From an uncultured Verrucomicrobiae bacterium (GTDB lineage: Bacteria > Verrucomicrobiota > Verrucomicrobiia > Chthoniobacterales > JAFAMB01), in assembly GCA_963782115.1 (NCBI GenBank), contig CAWAIK010000005.1:64001-128000 (forward strand): 64,000 bases of DNA, given 5' to 3'. Shown here piece after piece: positions 23,501 through 34,656 of the stretch; the first letter of the stretch is position 1; each line of letters opens with the position of its first letter. The translations under genes and the position numbers were made by a program. The notes under the pieces are model-generated. The model saw nothing but the letters and a program-made list of their open reading frames with translations. It was not told the origin of the DNA and did not search any database.

Positions 23501-24214
23501 ATGATATTTCATGATCCTTTCTGCCAATTTATAGCGGTGTCGGTAATCCTGATCTGTTCGACAAGCTTAGCTCAGGAGAACCACCAATTATCTCCACATG
23601 TGCTCCAGGTCAATCCATCTGAGACCGTGATCCTGGAGCAAATTATTCAACTAAAGGAGGGCCATCTAGTTTCCATTTGCAAAGCCTGGATTACGACGCA
23701 GCAAATCTTTTTCAAATGCGAGCAATTGGACCCCGATCTGTGTAAAGAGTTGGCACACAAAGAACGCGATGATGATTGTATCAATATCTACTGGAAAGAA
23801 GGCGTGGCATCTGAATGGCAACCAGGAGCGACTCAAGGGATTCGATACAGATGTAGTTTCGAAGAGGTGGTAAAATATCTCCTTGACTCCATCGACTGCC
23901 AACCAACCTCTGTCTATTTCCTCAACCAACTGAAGAACGGCATCCCGGATGGCGCTTATCACACCGGTCTGCCAAAAGGGAATCCCAACACGGCCAACTT
24001 GCCCGACGTGGAGGTGACCGTAAGAGGCCGAGAAGGATGGGTAACGGAAATGACCCTCAGAGACCCTTCTATGGGCAACGACTTTTTCGTTGTCAAAACT
24101 CCGTGGCCGCAGGTCAAAGAAGGTACAGTGATCCCGGGCGAAATCGACAATATCGAGTTCAAAGAGGCGGCAGACCCTTTACCAAACCGGATGCAATTTC
24201 CATCAGGCGGCTAA
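23501..24214 (+). CDS. Hypothetical protein with possible signal peptide
   Basis: Long ORF of lower GC with an AT-rich upstream region; N-terminal FIAVSVILICSTSLA. Confidence 0.65.
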   Translation: MIFHDPFCQFIAVSVILICSTSLAQENHQLSPHVLQVNPSETVILEQIIQLKEGHLVSICKAWITTQQIFFKCEQLDPDLCKELAHKERDDDCINIYWKEGVASEWQPGATQGIRYRCSFEEVVKYLLDSIDCQPTSVYFLNQLKNGIPDGAYHTGLPKGNPNTANLPDVEVTVRGREGWVTEMTLRDPSMGNDFFVVKTPWPQVKEGTVIPGEIDNIEFKEAADPLPNRMQFPSGG

Positions 24215-24488
24215 ACTCGCTTTGGCCGTAGGAAGTGAGCGAAACTCTTGACTATAGGAACCTCTCCAATCGTTCTCGTCGTCGTCCTCGTTCTCGATTT
24301 CTTTGGATGCGGGAAACGCACCGATTACCAACTGGAAGTGCTGAAATGCGGTCCAGCTACTCAGTATGTCGGTGTGGCCTTGGGAATTCTCGCTCATCCG
24401 GAATTTGCAACCAATACCCAGGAGTTATACTGGACATCAACACCACCTTCGACAGCCCACCCGGAAAGGATGGGGAATTCGCCTCTAC

Positions 24489-24638
24489 TTACTTAACCCC
24501 GGCAACCTGGAACCCTTCGGCCTCCAGGATAGCTCGAATCTTGCCAGCCTGATCCCCCTGGATCTCAATGGCACGATCTTTGACGGTGAGCGGTCTCTGT
24601 TTGGCGTTTATTTCAAGCCTCTTTTTGGGCTTCGCCAT
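24489..24638 (-). pseudogene. SUI1/YciH translation-initiation-factor-like gene with internal deletion
   Basis: MAKPKKRLEIN... fused to TVKDRAIEIQGDQAGKIRAILEAEGF (SUI1 C-terminus). Confidence 0.65.
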
Positions 24639-24817
24639 GGCGTAGAACCCATACACTGCTTCAGCAGCAAAAGAAAAGCAAAGTGTTTGCTCTGGCAGCA
24701 AATTAAGGGTGGCTCTAAGGCGATCCCCCCGGCGGCGCGCCCTCACAAGGGGCGTCAGATAGCCAGATTAGGACACTAGCACGAGCATAGATTCAAATGG
24801 CATCGCGGGAAACCTTA

Positions 24818-25801
24818 TTACCGGTTGGACGACAGATCTAATTCGTCTTTGTAATATTTGCCGGCATCCGACACATTATCCTTAGTGATAAGTTTTATGG
24901 GTGAATAGATCTTTTCCGGCACTGTCTCACCGTTCGGTTTTTTGACCAGCGTCTCGATGGCCATGTAAGCCATGGCGTCTGGGTACTGTGCCACCGTCCC
25001 GGCGAGCAGCCCCTGCTTTAGAGCATCAATGGCGTCGGGCGTGCCGTCCACACTCACTACGATTATTTTTCCTGTCGCGCCCGTCGCTTGCACCGCACGC
25101 ACTATCCCCAGCGCCATGTCGTCGTTTGCGACGAAGATCGCCTTTAGGTTGGGGTCACTCTCCAACATTTTCGTCGCGAGCTCGGCGGCCTTTTTGCGAT
25201 TCCAGTTCGCCGGTTGGCTCGCGACGATGTTAAGTCCCCCTTCCTTGGCGGCGTTGGTAAAACCCTTCACGCGATCCATGCTGCTGGTCGTTCCTGGATC
25301 ACCTTCGATAACGGCAACGTCCGAACCCTTCGGAACCGAATTTAACACTAGCTGAGCGTCCAGTTTTCCGGCCTCCACGTTGTTGGAAGCGATCCTGGTA
25401 ACGATTGTGATGCCATCTGCCTTCGCCAGCTCTTCCGGGATAAGTTCGTCGATATTAACGATTGGAATGTTTTTGCGACTAACCCTGGTCAAAGCGCTGT
25501 TGAGGGAAGCCGGCCGAAACGGGGTGACGACCAAGCCCTCCAAGCTGCCTTCGGCCAACCAGCTTTGCAGGATGTTGAGCTGTTCGACGTCTGCTTCTTC
25601 CGTCGGGGTGCTGCCGAATACCACTTCGACTCCCAACTTCTTCTGCGCGTAGTCGTAGCCATGCTTCATCAAAAGGAAGTAAGGGTTGGCCAGACTTTTG
25701 GTCAGTGCGCCGATCTTGTGCGTCTTGGTGCTTTGCGCGCAAACGCTGCCGACCGGGATTAGGGCCAAGAGCAAACCTGCAAACAGGACTAATTTTTTCA
25801 T
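24818..25801 (-). CDS. Monosaccharide ABC substrate-binding protein (RbsB/AlsB-like)
   Basis: Signal peptide, KSLANPYF, ASQPANWNR, ANDDMALG, VDGT. Confidence 0.9.
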   Translation of the reverse strand: MKKLVLFAGLLLALIPVGSVCAQSTKTHKIGALTKSLANPYFLLMKHGYDYAQKKLGVEVVFGSTPTEEADVEQLNILQSWLAEGSLEGLVVTPFRPASLNSALTRVSRKNIPIVNIDELIPEELAKADGITIVTRIASNNVEAGKLDAQLVLNSVPKGSDVAVIEGDPGTTSSMDRVKGFTNAAKEGGLNIVASQPANWNRKKAAELATKMLESDPNLKAIFVANDDMALGIVRAVQATGATGKIIVVSVDGTPDAIDALKQGLLAGTVAQYPDAMAYMAIETLVKKPNGETVPEKIYSPIKLITKDNVSDAGKYYKDELDLSSNR

Positions 25802-25996
25802 GTCTTGGGAATGCTACAAATGTTCCTTGGGTTGAAGCTCCTGCCACGACACTTCATAGCCTCGAAATGCCGAGCAGTACGTGCCTACCCAATGTGAACA
25901 AATCTTTGTCTACCGACTTAGGTGGGCATCTGGCGTTTTGGGTCCGGTTTGTTAGGCTCGTCTTTCCAGGTTGCTGTCGGCGCTCATAAAAGAGGT

Positions 25997-27057
25997 TCAT
26001 TTCAACGTTTTCTGCAACCAGAGGCGGGCCATCCAGTGGTCACGCACGAGCGCGAGGGCGATGGCCAGGATCATTGTGGCGCCCCAGATGGCTTCGGTCA
26101 GGTGGGGGCTAACGCCCAGCAAATTGAATCCCGTGGAGATGATCTGAAGCAGTACGAGCGACAGAAAAAGCCCGAGCACTTTGCCGAAGCCGCCATTAGG
26201 ATCTACCCCCCCGAGCACCGCAGCCAGGATGGTGATGAGCAGGTAGGATTCCGCGTAGCCGGCGCTTGCGGAATTAAACCGCGCCATCATGACCACCGCC
26301 GCCACCCAGCACAGCAGGCTTGAGACAACGTAAACGCCCACCAGCATCCAGTCGGTGGCCACACCTGAGTAACGAGTGGCCTTTTCGTTCGAACCGATCA
26401 TGCGAACGGCCACGCCGAAGGCGCGCTGCTCATGGTCACCGCCACCGCAATTGCGCAGAGGATGAAAAGGATCATGGGTACCGGCACTCCCAGTAAGATG
26501 CCATTTCCCAAGAATAAGATCGCCGGTGGAAACCCGCCGATGACCCCGCCGTTGGTGGCGTAGACCGCGATCCCTTTGACTTTGACCGCCGTCATGGTGC
26601 CGAGTGTAACCAGGATCGGGTGCACCCCCAGAAAGGCCACGATTGCGCCCGTGATCAGCCCGACTACCAACGACGTCACTAACCCCGCCGCCAGGGCCAG
26701 CACGATCACCCCGGCCATGGCCTGCGGCGGGCTGGCGGGTCCGATCATTTTGGTGATGATGGCGGCCATAACCAGAGCGGAAAGATTGGCGGTGGCAATG
26801 ATCGCCAGGTTCAGCCCGCCGCTCATCAACGGGATCATCATGGCCAGGGCCAGGATGCCGAGCTCAGGCATCTGGAAGGCCATGGCGCGAGGCGTCTCGA
26901 CCGAAAGGAAACGCGAAGGGGCCAACGCGCTGAAGAAGATCACGGCCAGGACGATCAACGCGCCGAGCATCGTGATGGTCGGGTCCCGCCCAAACCAGGC
27001 CATGAAGGAGGGCCGGGGAGCGGCCGTGGAGGGGGCGGTGGCGGCTTTAGTTGGCAT
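25997..27057 (-). pseudogene. Monosaccharide ABC permease, frameshifted near 26410
   Basis: ORFs 26398-27057 and 25997-26413 are consecutive halves (GGLNLAI, ILVTLG; IGSNEKATRYSG, AAVLGG). Confidence 0.85.
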
Positions 27058-28024
27058 GACGAACGCGCTGTTTTTGATGGTGCTTGGCGGCGTAAGCCGT
27101 GGCGCTCACACTCATGAGAATGACAAGGCCGGTGACAAACCCGAATGAATAAGACGACACGCCCAGCAGGGTGAGGCCATTCTGCAGGATCGCCAACAGA
27201 ACGATGCCCAAGACCGTCCCGCTGACGGTGCCGATGCCGCCCAGGAGGCTTGCGCCGCCCAAAACGACCGCCGCGAGCACGTCAAGTTCTCGCCCGATCA
27301 GGGCGTTGGGCACCACCTCTTCGACGCGGTGCGCCTGAACCAACCCCGCAATGCCGGCCATGAAGCCGGAGTAGCCGTAGACAAAACACTGAAGGCCCAA
27401 GAGGTTACAGCCCATGCGCTTGGCGGCTTCGGGGTTGCCCCCTAGCCCGTAGATCTGCCGGCCGATCGAGAGCCGGCTCAGCAAGAAGACGGTCACGAGC
27501 AGAACGATCGCGGCCACTACCACCGGGAACGGGATTCCAAACAGCGAAAGGTCATCCGTGAACCAGTCGGGTAAGTTATAGAGGGATTTGCCATCCGTCA
27601 CGAACATGAGGATCGCGAAGTAAAAGGTCATCATCGAAATGGTGACGATGACCGCGAGCGCTCGGAGGTAGTAAATCAGCAGGGCGTTCACGACCCCGAG
27701 CAGGATGCCAAACCCCGCGGCTAACCCGAAGGCCACGAGCCAGTTTCCGCCGATGCGCACGAGAACAGTTGCCATCACGTACTGGCTGACTGCGGCGATG
27801 GCGGCAAAGGAAATGTCGATCCCGCCGGAGATGAGCACCACCAAGAGTCCTGCCGCCATGATGGCCATCACCGAGTAATTTTCCAGCAGCGAGACCAGGT
27901 TACCGGCGGATAAGAAACTCTTGGAGAGGGCCGAGAAAATGACGGCCATCACGACGATGATACCGGCGAGTTGAACGTCGTGGCGGTGAAACACCGCCTT
28001 ATAGGAAGAGTGCTGATCAGGCAT
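27047..28024 (-). CDS. Monosaccharide ABC permease (RbsC-like)
   Basis: SGGIDISF, GGNPEAAKRMG, ELDVLAAVVLGG. Confidence 0.9.
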   Translation of the reverse strand: MPDQHSSYKAVFHRHDVQLAGIIVVMAVIFSALSKSFLSAGNLVSLLENYSVMAIMAAGLLVVLISGGIDISFAAIAAVSQYVMATVLVRIGGNWLVAFGLAAGFGILLGVVNALLIYYLRALAVIVTISMMTFYFAILMFVTDGKSLYNLPDWFTDDLSLFGIPFPVVVAAIVLLVTVFLLSRLSIGRQIYGLGGNPEAAKRMGCNLLGLQCFVYGYSGFMAGIAGLVQAHRVEEVVPNALIGRELDVLAAVVLGGASLLGGIGTVSGTVLGIVLLAILQNGLTLLGVSSYSFGFVTGLVILMSVSATAYAAKHHQKQRVRHAN

Positions 28025-29228
28025 AAATGACCTCCCGGAGTTCTTGCTCGCTGACGCGCTGGGGATCGTACGTTCCAACGATCTGTCCCGAGCGCATGAC
28101 CAGGATCCGATGGCTTTGGTACAAGACCTCTTCGACCTCATCCGTGATGAGCAGGATGGCAAGGCCGCGGGCCGCGAGTCCGTCGACGACTTGGAAAATG
28201 CCGGCTTTGGCGCCGATGTCGACGCCCACCGTGGGCGAATCCAGGATCAGCACGCGCGGGTCGGTCGCGAGCCACTTGGCCAGCACCACCCGTTGTTGGT
28301 TGCCGCCTGAGAGTTGTTGGACCGGCCGGTCGGCGGTGTTGGTCTTCACATGCAATTCCTGAAAAATCCAACGCTCGATGGTTTGGGCCCGCCTCGCGCC
28401 GTCGATGAGGCCCAGCGGTCCCGTGAGCCGATCCAACACCGAGATGACCGTGTTGTCGGCGATGGTCTGCGGCATCACTAAGCCCAACGAAAGGCGGTCT
28501 TCGGACACGTAGGCAATCTTCTGGCGGATGGCCTCGCGGTTGGTGCGCAGTTGGACTGGCTGGCCATTGACCCGGATTGCGCCTGAATCGGGCGGGTTCA
28601 TACCAAAAAGCGAGAGGGCAAGCTCGGTGCGGCCTGAGCCTAGGCGCCCGATGAGGCCCAGGATTTCCCCGGGCCGCAATTCGAGGTCGACGTCGGCGTA
28701 TTGACCCTCGCGTGTCAGGCGGCGCACCTCCAGCATCGGCTCTACCTTGCCCGAGAACGGGGCTTTGAGGCTGCTTTCGAACACGTGGCCGGTGATCAAT
28801 TCGCCCAGGCGGCGCCGATCCAGGTCGCGCACCCAGTAGGTGCCCAAATTACGCCCGTCGCGCAGCACGGTCACGCGCTCGGCGATGGTCATGACCTCAT
28901 CGAGCCGATGGCTGACAAACACCGTGGCGATGCCTTGGCGCTTTAGTTCGTGAATGATGGCCAGAAGCGCATCGACTTCCTGGTGGGTCAGCGAAGCGGT
29001 TGGCTCGTCCATGACGATCAGCCGCGCTTGCTCCCCCACCAGCGCCCGACAGATGGCCACCAACTGGCGCGTGGCGATGGGCAACGTCCCAACCAGGGCC
29101 TCTAGCGGCAATGAAATCTTGAGCCGTTCCATGACCGCCTGCGCCTGCTTGCGCATCGCTTTGGGGTCCGCCAAGCGAACCGGCGTTTGTACGTGGTGTC
29201 CGAACGCGATGTTCTCGGCTACCGACGG
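28017..29228 (-). pseudogene. Sugar ABC ATP-binding protein, 5'-truncated
   Basis: Similarity begins at SVAENI; MDEPT, SHRL, LSGGNQQ are present; the N-terminal Walker A is missing. Confidence 0.85.
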
Positions 29229-29365
29229 GGTTCTACAAAGCACATTTCTAGGTTTAACTTTACGCGCGCGATCGATATGGGTTTGGTTTTCTACAAATCC
29301 ACCTTCGATGTGCGCACCAAAGATGGGGGCCGCACCGGTGGCAGGCAAGCGCTTCTGCCAAAAAA

Positions 29366-29384
29366 AACTTTACGCCGTAAAGTT
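29366..29384. promoter_or_regulatory. Palindrome AACTTTACG-C-CGTAAAGTT
   Basis: Perfect 9-bp inverted repeat; same motif at 34640-34656. Confidence 0.5.
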
Positions 29385-29454
29385 AGCTTAAGTAAAAACA
29401 TTATGTTAGGTGGGCAAACATATGTCAGGTAATCAAATGAACTGACGGATATGC

Positions 29455-29800
29455 TTGAAGCTCCCGGGCTACGAAACTTTGCCGGTGTGTCGTTGCTTCT
29501 TGAAATAAGCCTTCATCGTCGATTGACAAAACGCGCTGATGAAAGGGTCGGCCGCTGCGAGTTGGTCCAAAATATGGGGTGGCTGGGGCAGCGACAACAC
29601 GGTTATTCCGATGGTCTCGGGCGAGGACGTCGCGCGGGTCGCCGCCGGAGCTTGTGGAACTCGGACTTGAACGTCGAGTTCAAGGGTGTAGGCGTTGGAA
29701 GTTTTTGCATGGCAGCGTCAGCCGCAGGGATGGCCGCCTACGTAGGGATGGATTGGGCGGACCAAAAACACGATGCCATTTGCGCTCAGCAGCCGAGCCG
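29455..29800 (+). mobile_element. IS110-family left-end remnant (non-coding leader plus start of DEDD recombinase)
   Basis: MAAYVGMDWADQKHDAIC (frame from ATG 29709) is an IS110 DEDD N-terminus, preceded by ~250 nt of structured non-coding sequence. Confidence 0.7.
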
Positions 29801-30029
29801 TCAGCAAGCCTGGGCGGAGAAAATACGCCGGTTTTCCCGCCTGGTTGACTCCGTTCTTCAGGTGTTTTCGCGCCGTCAAGTATCTAGTATCTGTTTAGCC
29901 CTGCCTTAATCGTCCTCGCCCTCGTCGTCGTCCTTCGTCCTCGCTCGTCCTCGCTGGGGGATCAAGGCAGTTTGCAGGATGGAAGAAGGATGAATGGAGA
30001 AAGCAAGCGACGGCAGTTTCGATCGTAGC

Positions 30030-31699
30030 TGTCACTTTGCGAATTATTTGGCATAAAATTTTGCGCGGTATTTGGCATAACTGACCCAGTGCGTGAGCCT
30101 TCCGCGATTGTACCGAGCGACCTCGAGGCGCGGACAACGGGTCGCTTGTCGCTCCTAGATCCGATTTTGGGACCAAGAGTTTTCGATCGCCTGCGCAGCC
30201 TGTTCCGGAGATTTGCCACTGCCGGCGACGGCCAAGGCTTCATCGTTGAAGACACGCCCTGTGTCGCGCCCAAGAAGCTGATCCATCGCGAGGCCGATCC
30301 AGCTAGAATGGGTTACCTCCAAAGCAAGAGCTTTGTAGAAAGGATCGTGAATCGCCTCTGCGGTCCCTTTAACCATTGGGATAGAAAGACCCTCCGCGGC
30401 GAGTTTGCTTTGGATATCTCTCCCCAGCAACACCTTCATAAAATCGAGGGTCTCTTTTGGCGCATCCTTCGAAACCAACCAGCCGTAAACGCTGCCAAAG
30501 ATGTCATTCGCCTTGCCCTTGCCGCCGCGAAACCTCTGGGAAGAAAAACCAACCAAGCTTCGCATCAGGTAACCCTTGTTTGTCGGCGGCGTACATTCGA
30601 CCTACCCCTAGGACCCAGACGCCAGCCTGGAGATGGAACGCTGCTTTCTCATCGTGGAAGAAACCCACTGCTTCGCGGGTGTTCGTTGTCTGAAAACCCT
30701 CTTGGAAAGGCTCCAAATCACAAAGCTCTTTGTACATCTTCCAGGCTTTAACGACATCCGGTCCGGCAAACCCGCCGTTCTGACCTTTATAAGCCGATGC
30801 CATCCCGTCCTTCCCCAGAATTCGCATTATCAAAAGCGCAGGATAGAACTGGATGGGCCATTTTTCGGATCCGCCGACGGCCATCGGAATGATACCTGCC
30901 GCTTTACACTTTTTGACAGCGTCGAGCAAATCCTCCCAGCCCTTGACCGCGCCTGGATCAACGCACGCTTTCTCGCAGAGCTCCTTGTTATACCAGAAAA
31001 GGATCGGACCGACGCTGTCAGGCAACCCGTACGATCTCCCATCAGACACGAAGGACTGAACACCGGTTGCATAGAAGGAATCTTTGAAGTTCCCCGCGAT
31101 GGCGTCCGTGATGTCCTGGCAGACTCCAGCCCGAATCTGCTCCAGCATGACACCACCGCCCCAGCTGTGGAACACGCTGGGGCGATCTTTGGATTGAAGC
31201 AGCGTAGGCAGCTTTGCCTTGAATAGCTCGTGGTCTAAATAGTCAAACTGGACCTTCACTTGGGGAGGGGCCTTTCCAAACTCGCCAGCCGCCGCTTGCC
31301 AAATCTCGAGGATTTCTGGAACCGGATTGACGTGGAGAATCTTGATTACGGTTTCCGTCGAGTCAGGACAGGAAGGCGACTCAAAGGACGCCAGGGAAAA
31401 TAGAAATGAGTATTTCATGATTCCAGGGATCGTACGGACACTAACACATTCGCACGCGCAGGCAGCTCCAGAGGATGAAGAACTTACCGCTTCTCAAAAA
31501 CCTCTCTTGAAACGATATTCTCGAAATAACAGCCTTGTGACGAGTTTTGAGAACTCTCGCATTTTGATTGGCTGTGCACGGGCGAGGGTCTCACGCGCCA
31601 TCCTGAAATGATGCGCGATCGCTATCGCGCTGCTCTGAAGGCTCACCATTATGCCAAATACCACGCAAAAAATTGTGCCAAATAATTCGCAAAGTGACA
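30030..31699. mobile_element. Non-autonomous transposon with 51-bp TGT...ACA terminal inverted repeats and a 5-bp target-site duplication
   Basis: TIRs 30030-30080 and 31649-31699 (47/51 identical); GTAGC duplicated at 30025-30029 and 31700-31704; no transposase inside. Confidence 0.9.
30155..31418 (-). pseudogene. Oligosaccharide ABC substrate-binding protein, frameshifted near 30530 (cargo of the mini-transposon)
   Basis: ORFs 30504-31418 and 30155-30565 are consecutive halves (KAKLPTLLQS.DRPSVFHSWGGG; AMDQLLG). Confidence 0.85.
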
Positions 31700-31992
31700 G
31701 TAGCACCCGAAAAACGGACGAGGACGAAGGACGAGTGGGAAAGGACGCTAAACAGATACGACGTCAAAACAGGGGAATCGTTCCGGCCGAATGATATCCT
31801 TCCAAGGACCAAGGAGATGTTCAACCCGGCCGTCCATGGTGTGGGGGAGGTTCCGTTATGGCGTCGGCGGACGCCCTGAGGAATTTTATTGGGTAAACCT
31901 GCCCCGTAAGGCTATCCTTTGGCGCTATTGCGGAGCTGGGATACCAAGGGCGAAGCCCTTGCATAGTTAGCTAGCTGGTTTAGAAAACAAAT

Positions 31993-33033
31993 ATGGCCAA
32001 CCTTAGGGAAGTAGCGGAACTAGCCGGGGTTTCTATCGCCACCGCCTCGATGGCATTGAGGGGTGGCGGGAACCTTCGGGAATCGACGCGCGTCCGGGTG
32101 AGGACCTGTGCCAAACGTCTAAACTACACGCCTAATCAAATCGGGCGGACGCTGAACACCGGCAAGGCGAACGCAATTGCACTGCTCATGATGACGTCGG
32201 TTTCATCGGCCGACATTGTTCGAGGGACGTCCCTGTTTTATCACCTGGTGAGGGGGGTGCTCTCCGTCGTGGACGAAGCGAAACACGGGCTTCGGCTCGA
32301 CGTGAAAAGCCATGAGGACCCGGACCTGATGCAATATTTTGAGCAGGTGGTGGGTGGCCGCTTCCTTGATGGAATCATCATTGTCCCCCAATTCGTTCGC
32401 GATTACGCCTTTATTCACACCCTGAAGAAAAATAATTTTCCTTACGTGCTAATGCGTCCCGCCTCGTTCGGGCGGGACATTAATTACGTGGATCTGCAAA
32501 GTGATTACGGTGCTCAGCTCGTGGCGGAACTGTTTGCCAAACAGGGCCGCCGTCGCCTGGCGATGATCAATGGGCCGGCTCAACACTTGGATGCGATTGA
32601 GAGGGAGAAGGGGTTTATGGAAGGGTTGGCAGGGGCAGGGCTCGATCGACTGACCAAAAGGTACGGCGATTTCACGATCCCCAGCGGCATCGCGGCGATG
32701 AAAGATATTCTCCGAGAGTTTACGCCCGACGCGATTTTTTGCTCCAATGACTATATGGCCGCGGGGGCGATGAAGGTGTTGGCCGAATCCAAACTTCGGG
32801 TTCCGGAAGATGTCGCGATCGTGGGCTACGACAATACCGATATTTGCATTGGCCTCACGCCCACCTTGACGACGATCGATTACCGCGCCGAGGAAGTGGG
32901 AAGGTGCCTGGCGGGAGAATTGCTGGCCTTGATCGAGGGAAAGGTGAGTTCGATCCAGAAAGCCATTCAGCCCTTTCTGGTAGAGAGAGAATCGCATGGC
33001 CCGAACGGAAGGCCAGAGGTCCAGAGATCCTAG
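31993..33033 (+). CDS. LacI-family transcriptional regulator
   Basis: NLREVAELAGVSIATASMAL, YTPN, VPEDVAIVGYD, PTLTT. Confidence 0.93.
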   Translation: MANLREVAELAGVSIATASMALRGGGNLRESTRVRVRTCAKRLNYTPNQIGRTLNTGKANAIALLMMTSVSSADIVRGTSLFYHLVRGVLSVVDEAKHGLRLDVKSHEDPDLMQYFEQVVGGRFLDGIIIVPQFVRDYAFIHTLKKNNFPYVLMRPASFGRDINYVDLQSDYGAQLVAELFAKQGRRRLAMINGPAQHLDAIEREKGFMEGLAGAGLDRLTKRYGDFTIPSGIAAMKDILREFTPDAIFCSNDYMAAGAMKVLAESKLRVPEDVAIVGYDNTDICIGLTPTLTTIDYRAEEVGRCLAGELLALIEGKVSSIQKAIQPFLVERESHGPNGRPEVQRS

Positions 33034-33568
33034 TTGCCGCGCCGAGATGCAGCTTCCTCTTTGCGCTTTATGCGCCTTATAACGCTGTCTGGCGGTAAAC
33101 CCGAAGGGAAAGAGGGCGGCCCCGCTCCACTCCGAAGTTTGTGAATCGGGTTGACAGGCCGTCAAAACGTATTCTCTATCTCGTGCTCTCGGCAGACCCG
33201 CACTGACGTCGCTCACGCCTGTGTCTCAGGCATCACTCAACCCGTGCAGCCGCTTTGGCATACTGAAATTTGGAGGGCGTGTGTTCGAGGATGAAATTCG
33301 ACTGATCTGTACCGCCGCCTCTGGTTTTCTCGCAACCAATTCGAGTATTTTCTGTAATAAAAAAGTAAAACGTTTAAATGCGCGATAAGGATGGGTCGGC
33401 TCGCATCTAAAATAAACGAACTAAATTTGTGCTTCTAGGGAAAATATTCTCAAAAAAGAATTTGACTCCTTAGAATTTGCGATTAAATGATTTATTAACT
33501 TAACCGTTTAACTTGCGGAGATTTAATGGCGGCTGCGCAAGGGAGAACGGCCCCACGGACCGGGGCGA

Positions 33569-34567
33569 ATGGTCCAGTGCCGATTGTTTGGAAACCCCCT
33601 TAGAATGAGTAAAACCGCGTTGTTGGAATCATCGAAGCTGACTGGCCCTGTTCCCGGTCGAGAGGTCAATGTCGTTTGGGCGCAACGGGAGACGCCTTCA
33701 TGCCGCCCAGGGAGCGCGAAGCAAGCTCCGAACTTAGCGGTACGGCTGCGCGCGCACTTGTCCAGTTTAACAGCCTTGGAAGCCTCGGCGCTGTTCACCC
33801 TCGTACACCGACGGGCTACCGGCGAGGACACCTTGCTTAAATGCGTGGCCGGGGAGACTGGTGTGTCGGAAGCCCTAATCGTTAAAATCGCCAAAAAGCT
33901 CGGCTTTGAAGGCTTTCGCCAGTTGCGGGAGGCTTTGGCCGAACACAACCGCTTGGCCCGGGCGGATCTGCACGAAGAGCTCTGCGTCGCTGAGGGAGCT
34001 TGCGCCCGCCTACAAAAGGTTTTGCGCGCCTCCGTGCAGGCGATAGAGCAAGGCTTAGCGAGCGTGTCGCCCGAAGCGCTGGAGCGGGCGGCCGATTGCC
34101 TGCACGCGGGCCGCCAACGCGACTTTTACGGCGTGGGTGGCTCGGGCCAGGTGGCCCGGGATGCCGCCCACCAGTTTCTGCGCATCGGGGTGCGTACTTC
34201 CGTTTTTGACGACAGCCAGCGGATGCTGATGTCGGCCACGCTGTTGCGGCGCGGGGATGTGGTGATGGCTTTTTCGCATTCGGGCAAGACGGCGGCGGTG
34301 GTGGAGGCGGCGCGCCAGGCACGCCAAAACGGGGCCGACCTCATCGCATTGACCAACCGATCAGACTCGCCGCTGGGCCGGGAATCGGACGTGGCGCTTT
34401 GTGCCAACCTAGACGGTTTGCCATGGGCGGGGGAGAATGCGGCGGCGCGCTTGGTACAGCTCAGCGTTCTGGACGCGCTCTTGAGCACCGTGGCCCAGAA
34501 AGATTACGCAGCTGCTCAGGCAAACCTTGGCCGCACCACCGCGGCCTTAGGTCGGAGTGGTTTTTAG
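33569..34567 (+). CDS. MurR/RpiR-family transcriptional regulator (start uncertain)
   Basis: GVSEALIVKIAKKLGFEGF HTH plus SIS domain (FYGVGGSG, FSHSGKT). Confidence 0.88.
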   Translation: MVQCRLFGNPLRMSKTALLESSKLTGPVPGREVNVVWAQRETPSCRPGSAKQAPNLAVRLRAHLSSLTALEASALFTLVHRRATGEDTLLKCVAGETGVSEALIVKIAKKLGFEGFRQLREALAEHNRLARADLHEELCVAEGACARLQKVLRASVQAIEQGLASVSPEALERAADCLHAGRQRDFYGVGGSGQVARDAAHQFLRIGVRTSVFDDSQRMLMSATLLRRGDVVMAFSHSGKTAAVVEAARQARQNGADLIALTNRSDSPLGRESDVALCANLDGLPWAGENAAARLVQLSVLDALLSTVAQKDYAAAQANLGRTTAALGRSGF

Positions 34568-34639
34568 GCCGTGTCAGGCTAGAAAGGTGCGCAGAATGTC
34601 GAGACCGAAGTCCTAAGAATGCTGCGGCAAGTTCATCGC

Positions 34640-34656
34640 ACTTTACGTCGTAAAGT
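34640..34656. promoter_or_regulatory. Palindrome ACTTTACG-T-CGTAAAGT
   Basis: Perfect 8-bp inverted repeat upstream of the SIS/ABC operon; same motif at 29366-29384. Confidence 0.5.

Larger units (their letters stand above)
29887..31759. repeat. MITE-like element (GTATCTGTTTAGC...GCTAAACAGATAC ends) split by the 30030-31699 insertion
   Basis: 29887-30029 joined to 31705-31759 reconstitutes the reverse complement of the intact copy at 43830-44017. Confidence 0.85.
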
